Below, piece by piece: positions 28,080 through 40,668 of a stretch of DNA of 64,000 nt. Made by a program: the position numbers and the translations under genes. Below the pieces are notes generated by a model. That model was not told the DNA's origin and made no database searches. It saw only the letters and a program-made list of their open reading frames with translations. This DNA comes from the human T2T-CHM13v2.0 reference genome, Homo sapiens: the NCBI RefSeq assembly GCF_009914755.1, contig NC_060932.1. One strand, 5' to 3'. Numbering within the stretch: position 1 is the stretch's first letter; each line of letters begins with the position of its first letter.

Positions 28080-28810
28080 AAGGGTTTTCCTGGAGTTGTA
28101 TCAGACACTGAAAATTCCAGGGTCCAAAACTGAGTTCATGACCTTCCCACAAAATTCTCCTGTGATTTTTAGCTTAGAAAAATGCCACCATCATCCACAC
28201 AGTTATTCAGATCCAGAAATATCTAAACCACAGAAATACCCTTCTAGTTTTTATGCAACATCCAGTTTTATCACCTCCATCCACTCCTTTCTCCAAATAT
28301 TGCCAAAATTTTCACTTTAAAAGCAAATCTGATAAGAAGACCTCTCTCCTTCTCCCTTCTCTCTGCTCCCAATCCACTGTTATGAACCATGAATGTTGAT
28401 CATTTCTTTTAGTATAAAAGCATAGTCCTTACTGTGGCATCTCTGGCATAGCATAATTCAATTCTTTGCCCCTTAAGCTGCTCTATATTGTCACTCCAGG
28501 GATTTTGGATATGCTGGGGTTTTTTGTTGTTGTTTGTTTGTTTTTTGGCTTAGGAAACCTTTCTGCAACTACTGATGACTAACTCACTTCCTACACCTTA
28601 GGTCAACTCTCACTCCCTTTAGGAGACCTTCATTGAACCCACAGTGACATATGTTCCTGTTGACTCCCTGTACTTCTCCATTTGTAGAACTCATTGTAAT
28701 TATGGACAGGTGTTCAGTATTTGTATAACTGACTTAAAAATAGATCCTTTGGAAACAGAGGATGCCTATTTCATTCAGTAATTTTCTTTTTCAATATTTT
28801 GAATAAATGC
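28080..28810 (+). mobile_element. L2 3' remnant
   Basis: gtccaaaactgagttc...caccatcatccacacagtt...ttgaataaatg tail. Confidence 0.55.
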
Positions 28811-29588
28811 AAAATGTATCTTCTCTCCAAATGGCTCCTACTGCATCCTCTATATCTTGATCTCCTTCCCCAGTCTGGTGAGCCGGCTTAGAGACACACA
28901 AGGAAACCTCAATCACTTCGAGCATTATACAGAAACTATGAATTTTCAAAATCTATGAGTGCTTACAAGGTATTGTGGGGATACGTGAGTGAGTGTCATG
29001 ATTATGCAGGGCAGGTTATGCAGCAACACTTCAGGGAGGATTTAAGCATTGAAATAAGCTTTACAGAAGGAGAGAAACTTGATTTGACAGGAAGAATTAG
29101 GATCAGAAAACCACCAAATGGAAAAATGTGTGCATTCATACACTCTGCAAACAGAGTTACAGGCATGCAAAGATAAGCACCCATAAGCTCTTCTATCAGA
29201 TATTAAAAATGCGCAGGAGGAAACGCACAACAAATCACACTAACGAAATGTGGGCAGTTCTCTCTGCACACTGTTATGCAGTGCATTTTATTGCTTTTAG
29301 CTGAACAACTGAATAAAAAGGGTAACACCATTTGTGTTTTATTTCTTTTATGTATTGAGAAGTCAAGGTTAGGGGATTCTGGGGCTATTTAGAGATTCAA
29401 CACCAGAACTTTGGGTCTGCTTTAGTGTGATTTCACAGACCTCTGGACCTGCTTGTAAGGGGACTACAGCAGTGCCAGGTATCCTATTCTGATATGATGA
29501 TGCCCTAAGTGGCTCTCTTCGCTCATGACTCATCCAGTTTCTCGGCAAAGTAGATGGGGGTGAGGGGTGCAGATCTCTTTCAGGAACC

Positions 29589-30150
29589 TGTGACCATAGC
29601 AGATCTATTGCCCAAGGCACAGAAAGTCAATACAACAACACTGAGGGTTGCAGCAGAAAAAGAGCTTAATAATAGTAGGGCAGCCAAATGAGGAAACAGG
29701 AGGAAATCTCAAATCTGCCTCCCAAAGGAGTTTGGGGAAGAGATATTAAGGGGTTTAGCATGAGCTGGGGTATGAGGATCATTGATTAGTCAGAGTGCAG
29801 GGCCAAGTCATGGGACCAGGAAAGGAAGAAACTGCATTCTCGTGATGACTAGGTTTCTCTGTGAGGATCTTTAAACTGTTTGGTGTCAGCCATTCAGCCA
29901 GAATTCAGGGTCTAAAAAACACCTTAAGCAATTCTTAAATTAAAACCTTGTGATTCTAAGGTCAGCAGTCTTATCTATAGGAACAACAGTGTTACAGATG
30001 GTCAGTATCTAGTGCTGTGTAACTCTGAATTACAAGGAAGTAATTCAAAGTTAATTCAATTAATTAAGCCTGATTAATGCATGCTTATAACCATATTTCT
30101 GCCCAGATCCCAGCATGTAATTCTTGTTAACATTGTAAGGACAGCATCCA
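29589..30150 (-). mobile_element. ERV1 solo LTR (LTR8/LTR49-related)
   Basis: TG...CA termini and 4-bp flanks aacc/accc. Motifs ctcaaatctgcctccc...gagtttgggg and cagggtctaaaaaacaccttaagc. Exact subfamily uncertain. Confidence 0.6.
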
Positions 30151-30760
30151 ACCCTCTATCCACACCACTTCAGGTCAGGATTGGGTAACAGAGCCATGTT
30201 GCAGCTGGGAACCAGGTTATGGAGCTGAGTAACTAACATTTTCTATACTGACAGCCAGCCTACATCTGAAAGAAAGGAATGTTACCAACTATGGGTACTG
30301 TGTGGCCTATCAATAGTGTGTGCACATGTAGAAATCACACAGATATTACTTACTAGCTCTGACCAAATGACGAAGATCTTCAAGGAAGAAACAGCACTTC
30401 AACTAATGTGCACTTGAGAACCAAACGTGTTCCTGAACTTGGGAGGCATGGAAAGTAGAATGGTGGAAAAACAATCATAGCCCCTGTCTCTCAGGCCATT
30501 GGACTTGCTGGAGCATCTTCCTCAAGACTTGCACATGGCTGGCTGCATTTTGTCATTTGGATACCTGTTCATATGCCACACCATCAGAGATGCCTTCCAG
30601 ATGTCCTCATCTCAAACAGCTATTTTCCTGCTGAAATTGCACCTGTCAAATGCTATTTAAGTTATAAAGCTCTCCGAGTTAACACCTGGAATGTTATCGA
30701 TGAGATATGTAGGACAAATTAATAATATAACTGGAAGAAAGACAAAATGACTAGGTAGAT

Positions 30761-31560
30761 TGTGGTATAACAAAAAATAAGTATTTGATCTTTTGTCTGG
30801 GTTCCTGGTACAAAATTTCTAAAATCTTTGGAATCTCTGCAGGGACAAGAGTGTCTTTTCTATGCTAATGAGACAACAGGTGGCTGGGGTCTCCTAGATA
30901 GCTTCAGGATGGGGGCTGATGATCAGAAATAAAAAATAACAGGCATGAACAGAGGGTCGAAATTCCCATTAGTCCCTCCCTCCTAATTCCCCACCCCATG
31001 CTTGGGACTGGGAGACAGGCTAGAGGCTGAGTTCAGTCACCAAAAGTCAATGATATAACTAATCATGTCTATGTAGTGAAACCTCCATCAAAACCCCTAA
31101 ACAATGTGGTTTGCAGAGATTCCAGGCTGGTGAGCACATGCAGTAGCTGAGAGTGTGGTATACCTGGGAAGGCCACCGAAGCACCACACCTCTTCCTCCA
31201 GAGCTTGCCCTGTGCATCTCTGCCCTTTGGCTGTTCTCGAGTTGTATACGTTATAATAAACTGGTAATAGTAAGTAAAGTATTTTCCTAAGTAAATTCTA
31301 TGAGTCATTCTAGCAAATGATCAAATTTGATGGGATATCCTAGGAACTGCTGACTTTGTAGTTGGTGAGGCGGAAGTGCAGGTAGCCCAGGCAACCCATC
31401 TGTGGCTGGCATCTGAAATGGGTGTTGTCTTGGGGAGTCCCTTAAACTTGTGGAGTCTGATGCTAACTCTAGGTATTCAGTGTCAGAATTATGTTGAATA
31501 CCCAGTTGGTATTAGATATTTAGAGAATTGGTTGGAGCTAGGAGGAAAAAAAACTGCTCA
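30761..31560 (+). mobile_element. MER21-family LTR (MER21C-like)
   Basis: tatgctaatgag...ctagatagcttcaggatgggggctg...ttataataaactggtaatagtaagtaaag...cagtgtcagaatt. Confidence 0.85.
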
Positions 31561-32581
31561 TGAATAAAAACATTAAATACAGAGATAGACACTGACAAAG
31601 AAGGAAAAGAAATCATAAACTACCAACACTTGCTAATATAGAGACAAAAATATTAAAAAAATTTAGCAAATAAGACTGATACTTTAAGATTATAAGATAC
31701 CACCAAAAAGTGACTTTAAGAGAAAACGTTGTTTCCAATGACAAGATTCATTAAGGGAATACATTCAAAAATAGCAAATGAGTAAAATATTATTCATTTG
31801 ATTCTGCCTGAAATGGATTTGTTTTTGTTTTCCCACACTACACTGATATATAAAATGGCACTTGAAATAAGTCAACATTTCTTCTTAATAGAATCTCATA
31901 GTGAACAAAAAACAAAATTAAATTAACAGAAAATATAATATCTTAAAGCAGCCACCAACATTATGCATAACAGTAAAGTCATCATAAGGGTTATTTTCAG
32001 ATCATACGATGGTGAGCTAAAAAAACAATAGAATTAGCTGCACCCACCTCCAACTACAACGACTCACAAAAGTGCGAATGAGGGTAAGATTCAGAATACT
32101 CTTTTATGAGTAGGACAGATTTTCTTCTTGCATCACTGATACCATCCTGATTCCAGTGTGAGTGCTAAGGAGAAAGACACCTGGAGACGCAGGGAGAGAA
32201 GATAAGAAGGAAGTCCTTATTAGGCAGGTATAGAAGGGAAATGTTGTACCTTTCTATTTCAGAGGACTGTGGAAAGGAGAAGGTAATGAGAGGGATTGTA
32301 AGGTTGAAATCTTGGGTTCTAATGCCCTCCTAACTGTGGAATTGGCTGTGAGGAAGAAGTGGGAGATGAGGAGAAAGCTGAAAAAGAAAGGAAAGAATTT
32401 GGCCTAGTTCCCATTTGGTTTTCCAAGAAGAGATTACTTCACTTTTTCATTTAAAAGAATGTTGGTCTTTAATAGAACTTCAATTCTTTAAAATTTAACA
32501 GACATCAAAGTACAGAACATCAAAAAGTATTCTCCATCTGCACTTCTGAACATTCACACTGTTGGAACAGAGATCAGTTGA

Positions 32582-32630
32582 ATTTTAAGGAAATATATTT
32601 TAAGGAAATATATTTTAAGGAAATATATTT
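32582..32630. repeat. Tandem 15-mer ATTTTAAGGAAATAT x3
   Basis: Directly visible perfect copies. Confidence 0.9.
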
Positions 32631-32770
32631 AAAAATTTTAATCCAATTTACTATACAGTTCTGTATTCTGATAAATCTATACAGGCATTTAACTACCACC
32701 ACAAGATACAGCACAATTGCACCACCTGAAAACATTTCCCCTTGCTCTTTATAGTCAAGTTCTTCCTATA

Positions 32771-33003
32771 CTGTGCATCTCTGCCATTTGGCCTGTTCAT
32801 CTCTGCCATTTGGCCTGTGCATCTCTGCCATTTGGCTGTTCTTGAGTTGTATACGTTATAATAAACCGGTAATAGTAAGTAAAGTATTTTCCTAAGTAAG
32901 TTCTATGAGTCATTCTAGCAAATGATCAAATTTGATGGGATATCCTAGGAACTGCTGACTTTGTAGTTGGTGAGGCAGAAGTGCAGGTAGCCCAGGCAAC
33001 CCA
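32771..33003 (+). repeat. Local templated duplication of 31210-31398 with its first 22 bp in three tandem copies
   Basis: 32815-33003 vs 31210-31398: 189 bp, ungapped, 5 mismatches by hand count. Confidence 0.95.
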
Positions 33004-33046
33004 GGTCTGTTTCCTGTTCCTACATTATGAAAAAAAAAAAAAGGAA

Positions 33047-33392
33047 GTCTTCAATTTTCCTAATCTGTCTTTTTTCAGTTTTCATTGTAGAGATCTTTTG
33101 CTTCTTTGGTTAATTCCTAGGTATTTAATTTTATTTGTGTCTATTCTAAATGGGACTATTTTTCGTTATTTCTTTTTCAAATTGTTCACTGTTTGCATAT
33201 AGAGATGTTACTGAGATTTGTATGTTGATTTTCAATCCTGAAACTTTACCAGATTTGTTTACCAGTCCTAATAGTTTTTGGTGGCGTCTTTAGGTTTTTC
33301 CAAATAAAAGCTCATATCATCTTCAAATAAGGATAATTTTACTTCTTCCTTTCCAATTTGGATGCTGTTTATTTATTTGTCTGATCTGATTG
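33047..33392 (-). mobile_element. L1MA-type ORF2 fragment
   Basis: Reverse complement of the RT region (tcatatcatcttcaaataaggataattttacttcttcctttccaatttggatgc). Confidence 0.75.
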
Positions 33393-33465
33393 ATATTTTG
33401 TTTCTTTGTTATGAATTTAGGTATAGGTTTAGGTCAGTGAGAATTCTGTTGTGCCATCCTAAGGG

Positions 33466-33471
33466 GTGTGT

Positions 33472-33507
<36 letters not shown>
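33466..33507. repeat. (TG)n microsatellite
   Basis: Directly visible. Confidence 0.95.
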
Positions 33508-33510
<3 letters not shown>

Positions 33511-34939
33511 GGAGCAATCACATTCCATGGATTTGAGGAAAACCTTTCCCTCATCCTTGTGGTGAAACTTTGAAGGTAGCAAACATTAAGCACTACAGTA
33601 TTTCTCTTGGACTGTTTATCTCACCCATCCTTCCCCCCACTACTCTGAATGCACTAATATACTGAAATGTACCACTTTAGAAATCTAAGATTATCCAGAT
33701 GTGAGGAAGAGGAGGACTCTCAGGTAAAACTAACCTCTGTGGTTACAGATGGGATTTTCCTGAAGGATTGTGGAACCCACACTCTGGAGAGGAGGCGACT
33801 GACCACAGTAGAGGAAAGAGAGGGACCTTGAGACTGGGTAGCAAGGAGTTTCTACTCCTTAAAATACACTGAGCATGGTGCTCACATCCAGGTTCATTGT
33901 GAATAGTGCTAGTTTTTGATGTCATTGAAAATTCTTAAATTCTTCTTTTAGATTCATCTTATAACCATCAATCATATGTATTCAAATAATTCTTTTAAAA
34001 TAGAACATGAATTTTCTGAGTCCCTCCATGTGCAGAAATATTTTTCTGTTAACTTTAATTATTACATACAAATTGCTGAGAACAAATGTCTTGAGTTATA
34101 ATCCTTTCTCATTCAGCACTCTCTGAGGCCATTTGTCTATGCTTAGATAGAAGTCCTTTTTAGGCTGATGTCAACAAATTGTAACCTCTTTAGTTCAGAA
34201 TACACATTTCCATTTTTAAGGCAGAAATGCTTTATTTAATACCATGCTGTATAATTGCTTAGCTTCATTTGTAAAAAGATCTTCCTTGGGTCCAACCCTC
34301 ATTTTAATATTGGCTCTATTCTTTTTTGTCTATGATCCCCCCCAGCCCCTGGTTTTGATAAGATTCCCTTCAGCGTGCTGTGCTATAGAAGGTAGTGTTT
34401 TTCCCTCACTCATCGTTCACCTGAACCATGAGGCCCAGTCAACAAATGTTGCCCTGAAACACACAAGACCCCTCCCAGGGCATTTGCTGCTCCCTGCAAG
34501 CTCTTTCTTCATCGCTCACCACTGTCGTTTACTTATAGGGAGCCCGTGTTCAAGTCGCTGTTCACCAGTTTCTCTCTGTTTGCAGAGTGTAATAGAATGA
34601 GATTATAAATCTTGGGAGTTCTAGATGACAAAAATAACGTCTAGCAGTCCACCTCCAAATCTATGTAAACAATGAAAACCAGAATGCATTCTGACTTTGT
34701 TGTCAGAATTCAGATGATATTTTTACTGTTTAAAGGTCAATGGAATTAGACGAATAACATAAAGCCTGTAGTTGTATTTACTTGGTGTCTCTCAAAGCAA
34801 ATAGGGAGATCATTATCACTTTACTGTCTGTACCTACACTCAGCCAAGGATAATTTTAATCAGAAAATGCAGCAGCCACCTCTTTAGTGTGTTTTTGCAG
34901 CCTTTCCAAGCAGCTGGGCTACTTTTTCTTCCATCAGTA

Positions 34940-35907
34940 CAGTCGTTCCTCCATACAGTTTCCTCTGGAAAACTGGTTACAAGACTTCCCACAAATACCA
35001 AAATCTGAGGATGTTAAAGCCCCTTACATGAAATGGCATAGTATTTACATATAACCTGCATACATCCTTCCAAACTTTAAATCATCTCTAGATTATTAAT
35101 AGTACCTAATTCAATGTATATGCTATGTAAATAGTTCTTAGACTGTATTGGCTTTTATTTGTGATAATGGGAGCGGGGCAGGGAAATGCTGGGAGGAGAA
35201 GGATAAGATCCCTGGCAAGGGCTGCGCCCTCAGGCCTGTGCCCGCGGACCTAGTTGAGGACAGGCATTTTTGTTTTCGCAACCAAATGATGCATTTTTCA
35301 AGACCACCCTTGCCCATCATGCCCCTATCCTGTGCCCATAAAAATTCTGAGACTCTAGAGGGCACAGACTCTAGAGGGCACAGACATTCACCTCGATGAG
35401 AGCTACCTCCACTTAATAAAACCTTGCCCTCGTTCTCCAAGCCCACGTGTGATCCGATTTTTCCTGTACACTAAGGCATGAACCTGGGATGCAGAAAGCC
35501 CTCTGTCCTTCTGATAAGGCAGAGGGCCTGACTGAGCTGATTAACACAAGCCACTTGCAGCTTGTGTTAATCAAAAACTGAAACTGAAAGAGCGCACTGT
35601 AACACACGCCCAATGGGGCTTCTGCAGCTGTGAGCACTCAACCCTCAGACACTGCCCTGGGGTTGGCGCTTCCCACTACCTGCTCTTCAGCGTGCTCCCC
35701 TCTAGGGGTATAAGCAGTGGGGCACCAGCAGCTAGCCACACCCCCATCGCATGCCCTGCGAGGGGGATAAAGGAACTCACCCCTTTTCATGTGCAGTATT
35801 TTTTATTGTCACATTGTTATTTTTTATTTTTTACTTTTTTCGAATATTTTAGATCCACAGCTGGTTGAGTCCCCGTATGCAGAGTCAGGGATATGGAGAG
35901 CTGACTG
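34940..35907 (+). mobile_element. MER2 (TcMar-Tigger) split by an LTR insertion
   Basis: TA|cagtcg...gctgactg|TA termini. Body accaaaatctgaggatg...ctttaaatcatctctagatta. Confidence 0.8.
35162..35789 (+). mobile_element. LTR1-family solo LTR (ERV1), internally deleted
   Basis: tgataatgggag...cccttttca termini and TSD tttg/tgtg. Motifs cttaataaaaccttgc and ctgtaacacacgccc. Confidence 0.75.
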
Positions 35908-36871
35908 TAGTGCTCTGTGACAATCATTAAAGGCCAAACTCTCCCTCCTCCCAAGAACAGCTAAAGTGTAAATTAGTTATACTAAGCTCAGTTCTTCGGA
36001 GGTGAAATAAAGATCCCTTATCCATATCATCTCCCATAATATGTATTAATTAATCCTTTTTTAGCACTTTTCTTGATCTTTCATCTCTGCCTAAAAATAA
36101 GATTCAACTGTATTGTTTCTTCCAGCCCTTTCTTTCTCTTCCCCCAAATAAATGGCTGCCTATAGCCATAATCTCCATTTTTTTTCCAGTGACATCCTTT
36201 AATGTCTACTTATTCCTAACCAAAAATTCAGTGGATAGTGTTCCCTTTTACTGATCTCATTATTGAACCACTTCCCACAATGAGTCAAACAGATAGAATT
36301 AGTGTTTTAGAAGAATTTTCAAAAAGTCCTTTATATGAAATAACCATCAGTACTTGCTTACTATGTTGGAGTTCTGAATACTATTAAATTCACTTAATTA
36401 TAAATTGTTGATGCTGCTTATATTATTAAAAATTTGAATGTTCTATGTATCAGATTTGTCAGCTAGTTTTATGTTTTCAATAGAATAAATGTAATATTTT
36501 ATGAGAATTTGTATTAATTTTCTCAACAGTCAATGACTCATATTCTTGTCATTAAAATGTCTTTTCTTCATACTGCATTAAATTCTCACTTATAAAGTTT
36601 CTGATTTTGTTAGGGCAGAAATGTTTAGGTTCTGGTTTTGGGAACTGTTTTAAAGTGTGAGTTCAATAATTCATGAATAAATGAATGCTCAGATAGCAGT
36701 CATGAAATGTCATGAACATTTTTCAGGTTGTTTAAATTTATTCTTGACAGTTAAAGAATTAAGTCTTGTCCTTGAAATGTCTTATTTTATTTTCATATTC
36801 TTATATGAAATATTTATCAGTGAATTTACCTGGGGACATCACTTTAGATTAGAAATAGAAGACAGCAACAA

Positions 36872-36938
36872 TGATATGCGACGAATGCTTTATTTTGAAA
36901 GTGGCTGTATGGTGACCATGTAATTATGTAATGAGTAC
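36872..36938 (-). other. Candidate terminal exon and poly(A) site of a minus-strand transcript
   Basis: Minus strand: tttaactgcctaaatttttcag|GTACT...AATAAA (36894-36889), 17 nt to a CA, then the GT/T-rich TTGTTGCTGTCTTCTATTTCT. Confidence 0.45.
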
Positions 36939-37169
36939 CTGAAAAATTTAGGCAGTTAAACTTTTAGGCAATGAACTAGAGTTCCCTGCCAAGATATTGA
37001 TGACTAGCCAATAGTGATGCCGTTTCCTAGAGAGAAAAAAGCACCACTAATAGGTAGACTGAATTATTTGCAGAAGTACCCACATTGTACTTTAGCTAAA
37101 GACAATAATTTGATGAGATCTCATTTGTTTAATGTCTAGGGACAAATCTTTTCAGGAAATTGTGCTTAC

Positions 37170-37264
37170 CTTTAGATAGATGAACTAGTAATGGCTTTAT
37201 AATTAGTGGTACTTTGTCAGTTCGTTGAATACTTTCAGACTGTTCTGAGGTGGATCTGATATAT
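37170..37264 (-). other. Candidate internal exon (95 nt)
   Basis: Minus strand: ctcatttcataaatctttcag| ... AAG|gtaagc. Confidence 0.45.
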
Positions 37265-38134
37265 CTGAAAGATTTATGAAATGAGCAGATGAATAATGTT
37301 TTCAAAAGAACAAGTCATGTGTCCTGTAAAATGTGAAAAGTTTGAGATATAACACGGCAAGTAGAATGACCAAAATAAAATTCTAAAGTAATAAAACATT
37401 CTCAAGTTCCAACTGAATATAATAAACACTCAATGACAGGCCATTATGTACAAGGCACTGAATGCTTGGGGCTAGAGATTAATAAAACACTAGCTATTTT
37501 TGTTTTCTGAAGCTTTCAGTGAAGGGGAGGGGAGCATACAAACAAATAAATGCCCTATATGATAAATAAAAGTGCTTGGCAAAGAATAATTTTTCCACAA
37601 ATGTTAGGCACTTTATTTCAATGGGACTGGGGACTGAATTACAATGGGAAATCCCTGGAGAAGGTGGTTCACTTAGTTCAGTGAGGCTATGCAATCTTCA
37701 CTTCCAGGGTGGTGATGCCAGAATTACTGAGTCCAGAAGGAGTAGCCACAGTTGTCCAGAGATAAATGAGGCCACTGTGAAACCTCAACCTCTTGTGTCT
37801 TTGCTTGCAATAATCTCTCCACCACTATATGCCCATATAAATATTGCAGTGACTTTCACTGTTGCTCAACAATTTTCTTTGGTGATAGACACTGCTACCA
37901 CTTATAGCAATAGAAGTAGAGCCAGTATTTGAAAATAGGTCGATTCACCATTTTTCAACACCTTCCACCGAAGTCATTAGCCAGCTTAAATCAAGAGTAA
38001 CCAAAGGATGCCCTTTGCAATCAACACAGGCATTTCCATGACCAAAATAAGAACCAGAAATTACAAGGTCAATGAATCAACGTGTAGATTTAGACTTCAG
38101 AAATGCATCCAGAAAATGGACACCTCAGAGTGCC

Positions 38135-38290
38135 TGATTTAAATTATACCTTTTCATTCACTGGTTTATGACTTGGAAAATGTATTTAGCCATCTCTGTG
38201 TCTATTTTTCATCAACATAATGGATTTATGAGTAATAAAAATTTATACAATTATGATGATTAAATGAGATAGTCTATATAAAGGAAGTGA
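38135..38290 (+). mobile_element. MIR remnant
   Basis: tgacttgg...ctctgtgtct...gattaaatgagata core. Confidence 0.55.
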
Positions 38291-38869
38291 TGTATTCTAT
38301 ATAAAAGCTCAAATTATTATGTTACCTTGCATGCATCAACCGAATAATTTACACGTACTTAAATGATTTTATATGGTATTTCCCATATGTGATCCTTAAG
38401 TTATAAATGAGTAGTTTTTAAAGCGTTTATTTTAGAACCTCAGGGCCCACCAGGGGTCAGACAAGGGAAGATAAAAGATGCAACGAAAGCCCCCAACAAC
38501 CTATGGGAATTCAGAAACAGTGGTATCAGGCTGCCAAGTATTTACAATCTTTATTATATCTTTTATATCTGTGGGAATTTAAAGATTTTTATAATCTATA
38601 AATGTTGGATTTGATTTTCTTAAAGAACCTACTTCAAAATGTATGCATCTAGAATTTATTCAACTATTTACATTTTAAAATATGCTTTTCTACAAATAAT
38701 ATCATTAAACACGTGACAAACCCTACAAGGAGTGTTATGGAAGTCTCATTTTAAAGATAGAAAAATTTGGACTCAGGGAGATTAACTTCTTATTGTTCTA
38801 TTGCTCACAGACTTACTCAGTGGGGCTCAAAATATACTCGTTGTTTTCGTATATAAAGCACTATTTTTT

Positions 38870-39910
38870 CATTGATTTTTATTTTGACATAATAACAGAT
38901 TTACAAGCAGTTGTGAAAAATAATACATAGAGATCCTTTATACACTCCATCTAATTTACTTCAATGCTGACAGCTTACCAAAGTATACAAAAATCACAAC
39001 TAAAATATTGATAATGATACAGCCCAGACCAGCTTGGTCAGGGAGACCCTAACCCAGCAGCGCTAGAGGAATTAAAGCCACACACACAGAAATATAGAGG
39101 TGTGGAGTGGGAAATCAGGGGTCTCACAGCCTTCAGAGCTGAGAGCCTCAAACAGAGATTTACCCATATATTTATTGACAGCAAGCCAGTGATAAGCATT
39201 GTTTCTATAGTTATAGATTAACTAAAAGTATTCCTTATGGGAAACAAAGGGATGGGCCAAAATAAAGGGATGGGTTGGGCTAGTTATCTGCAGCAGGAGC
39301 ATGTCCTTAAGGCACAGATCGCTTATGCTATTGTTTGTGGTTTAATAACGCCTTTAAGTGGTTTTCTGCCCTGGGTGGGCCAGGTGTTCCTTGCCCTCAT
39401 TCCAGTAAACTCACAACCTTCCAGCATGGGTGTCATGGCCATCACCAACATGTCACAATACTGCAGAGATTTTGTTTATGGCCAGTTTTGGGGCCAGTTT
39501 ATGGCCAGATTTTGGGGGGCCTGTTCCCAAGAGATACAGTCAAAACACAGATTCCCACAGAGGCACCCTCATGTTGCTCTTTTATAACCACACCTTTTCC
39601 TCCAGCCACCAATTCTCCCCACACTCAACCTTTGGCAACCACTAAATGGAAATATAGAAATTTCCATTTCTATATTTTTGTCATGTCATAAATGTTATAT
39701 AAATATAAATTCATAGACTTTATAACTTTTTGGGGTTCACTTTTATTCTCAGCATTATTTTCTGCACATTTCTCCAGATTGTCACATGTATCTATAACTT
39801 GTTCCTTTTTGTTGCTGAGTAATATTTCATGGTAAGGACATAGAACAGTTTGTTGAACCTTTCTCCTATTTAAGGACATTTGGGTTATTTTCAGGTTTTG
39901 ACTGTTACTA
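38870..39910 (-). mobile_element. L1MC1/2-like 3' end split by MER9
   Basis: gcagttgtgaaaaataatacatagagatcc...tattgataatgatac|[LTR]|agtcaaaacacag...ctttggcaaccactaa. Confidence 0.7.
39021..39532 (-). mobile_element. MER9 solo LTR (HERV-K9/HML-3)
   Basis: Close match to recalled MER9 (ggagaccctaacccagc...tttatggccagttttggggccagtttatggccagattttgggg...ctgttcccaa). GATAC flanks both ends. Confidence 0.92.
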
Positions 39911-40668
39911 CTGAAGAGTTAAGCATATATTTTAATAATTATCACTGTTGAAAATAAACGAAATACATGACTCTGTGGTCTTGATAAAATGTAGATTGCT
40001 TTTATTTTCCTGAAGCTAAATCAAATATGTTGATTAGACTTGTAGATAAGATCAAAATTGTAATGATATAATACAAGTAAACTTCCTTCTTTATATTTGA
40101 ACAAATGGCATGTAAACTACTGGAACAATAATAAAAATTAAGCTCCTATAAATCCTATGAAGTTACCAGGGAACAAAAAAGTAATTTTCTTCAATCTAAT
40201 TTCAAATATATAAATTATTTGAATTTCTATATTGTCAATTTGTTTGTTGTTTAGTTACAAACATTTTTAACCTTCTTTTTATAATCTTACTTTTTATATC
40301 CATATTGTCTTTTGGGAGCCTGTGTATGACTTATTATAGTTGCCAATGCTTTAGGTGAAGGGATTAGGAAGAGGGGAAAGAGCTCATCACCAGTCTCTCT
40401 AACTCATGCTCATTTTCTGATTAAATTGAATGCACTCAGTATCAGGTTCTTAAAAAGGAGAAGAGACCTCAGTGCGCCAAGACTGGAGCACCAGTCACCT
40501 GTGCTCTTAAGTTCTCCCAGATGTTTTCATGGCCAAGCAGAGGCATTTTCTACATGACAGATTTGGCTTGATTAGCCAAATTTTGATATTGATTATATGG
40601 TGCCACTTAGACCATGGCTTTACTATAGCTAGGAAAAGCCAGGAGGATCAGTGGGGTTTCACACTCAC

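Noticed and set aside
32771-32836. Three 22-bp repeats as a CRISPR-like array
   Set aside because: No spacers, the unit is MER21 sequence, and the context is mammalian.
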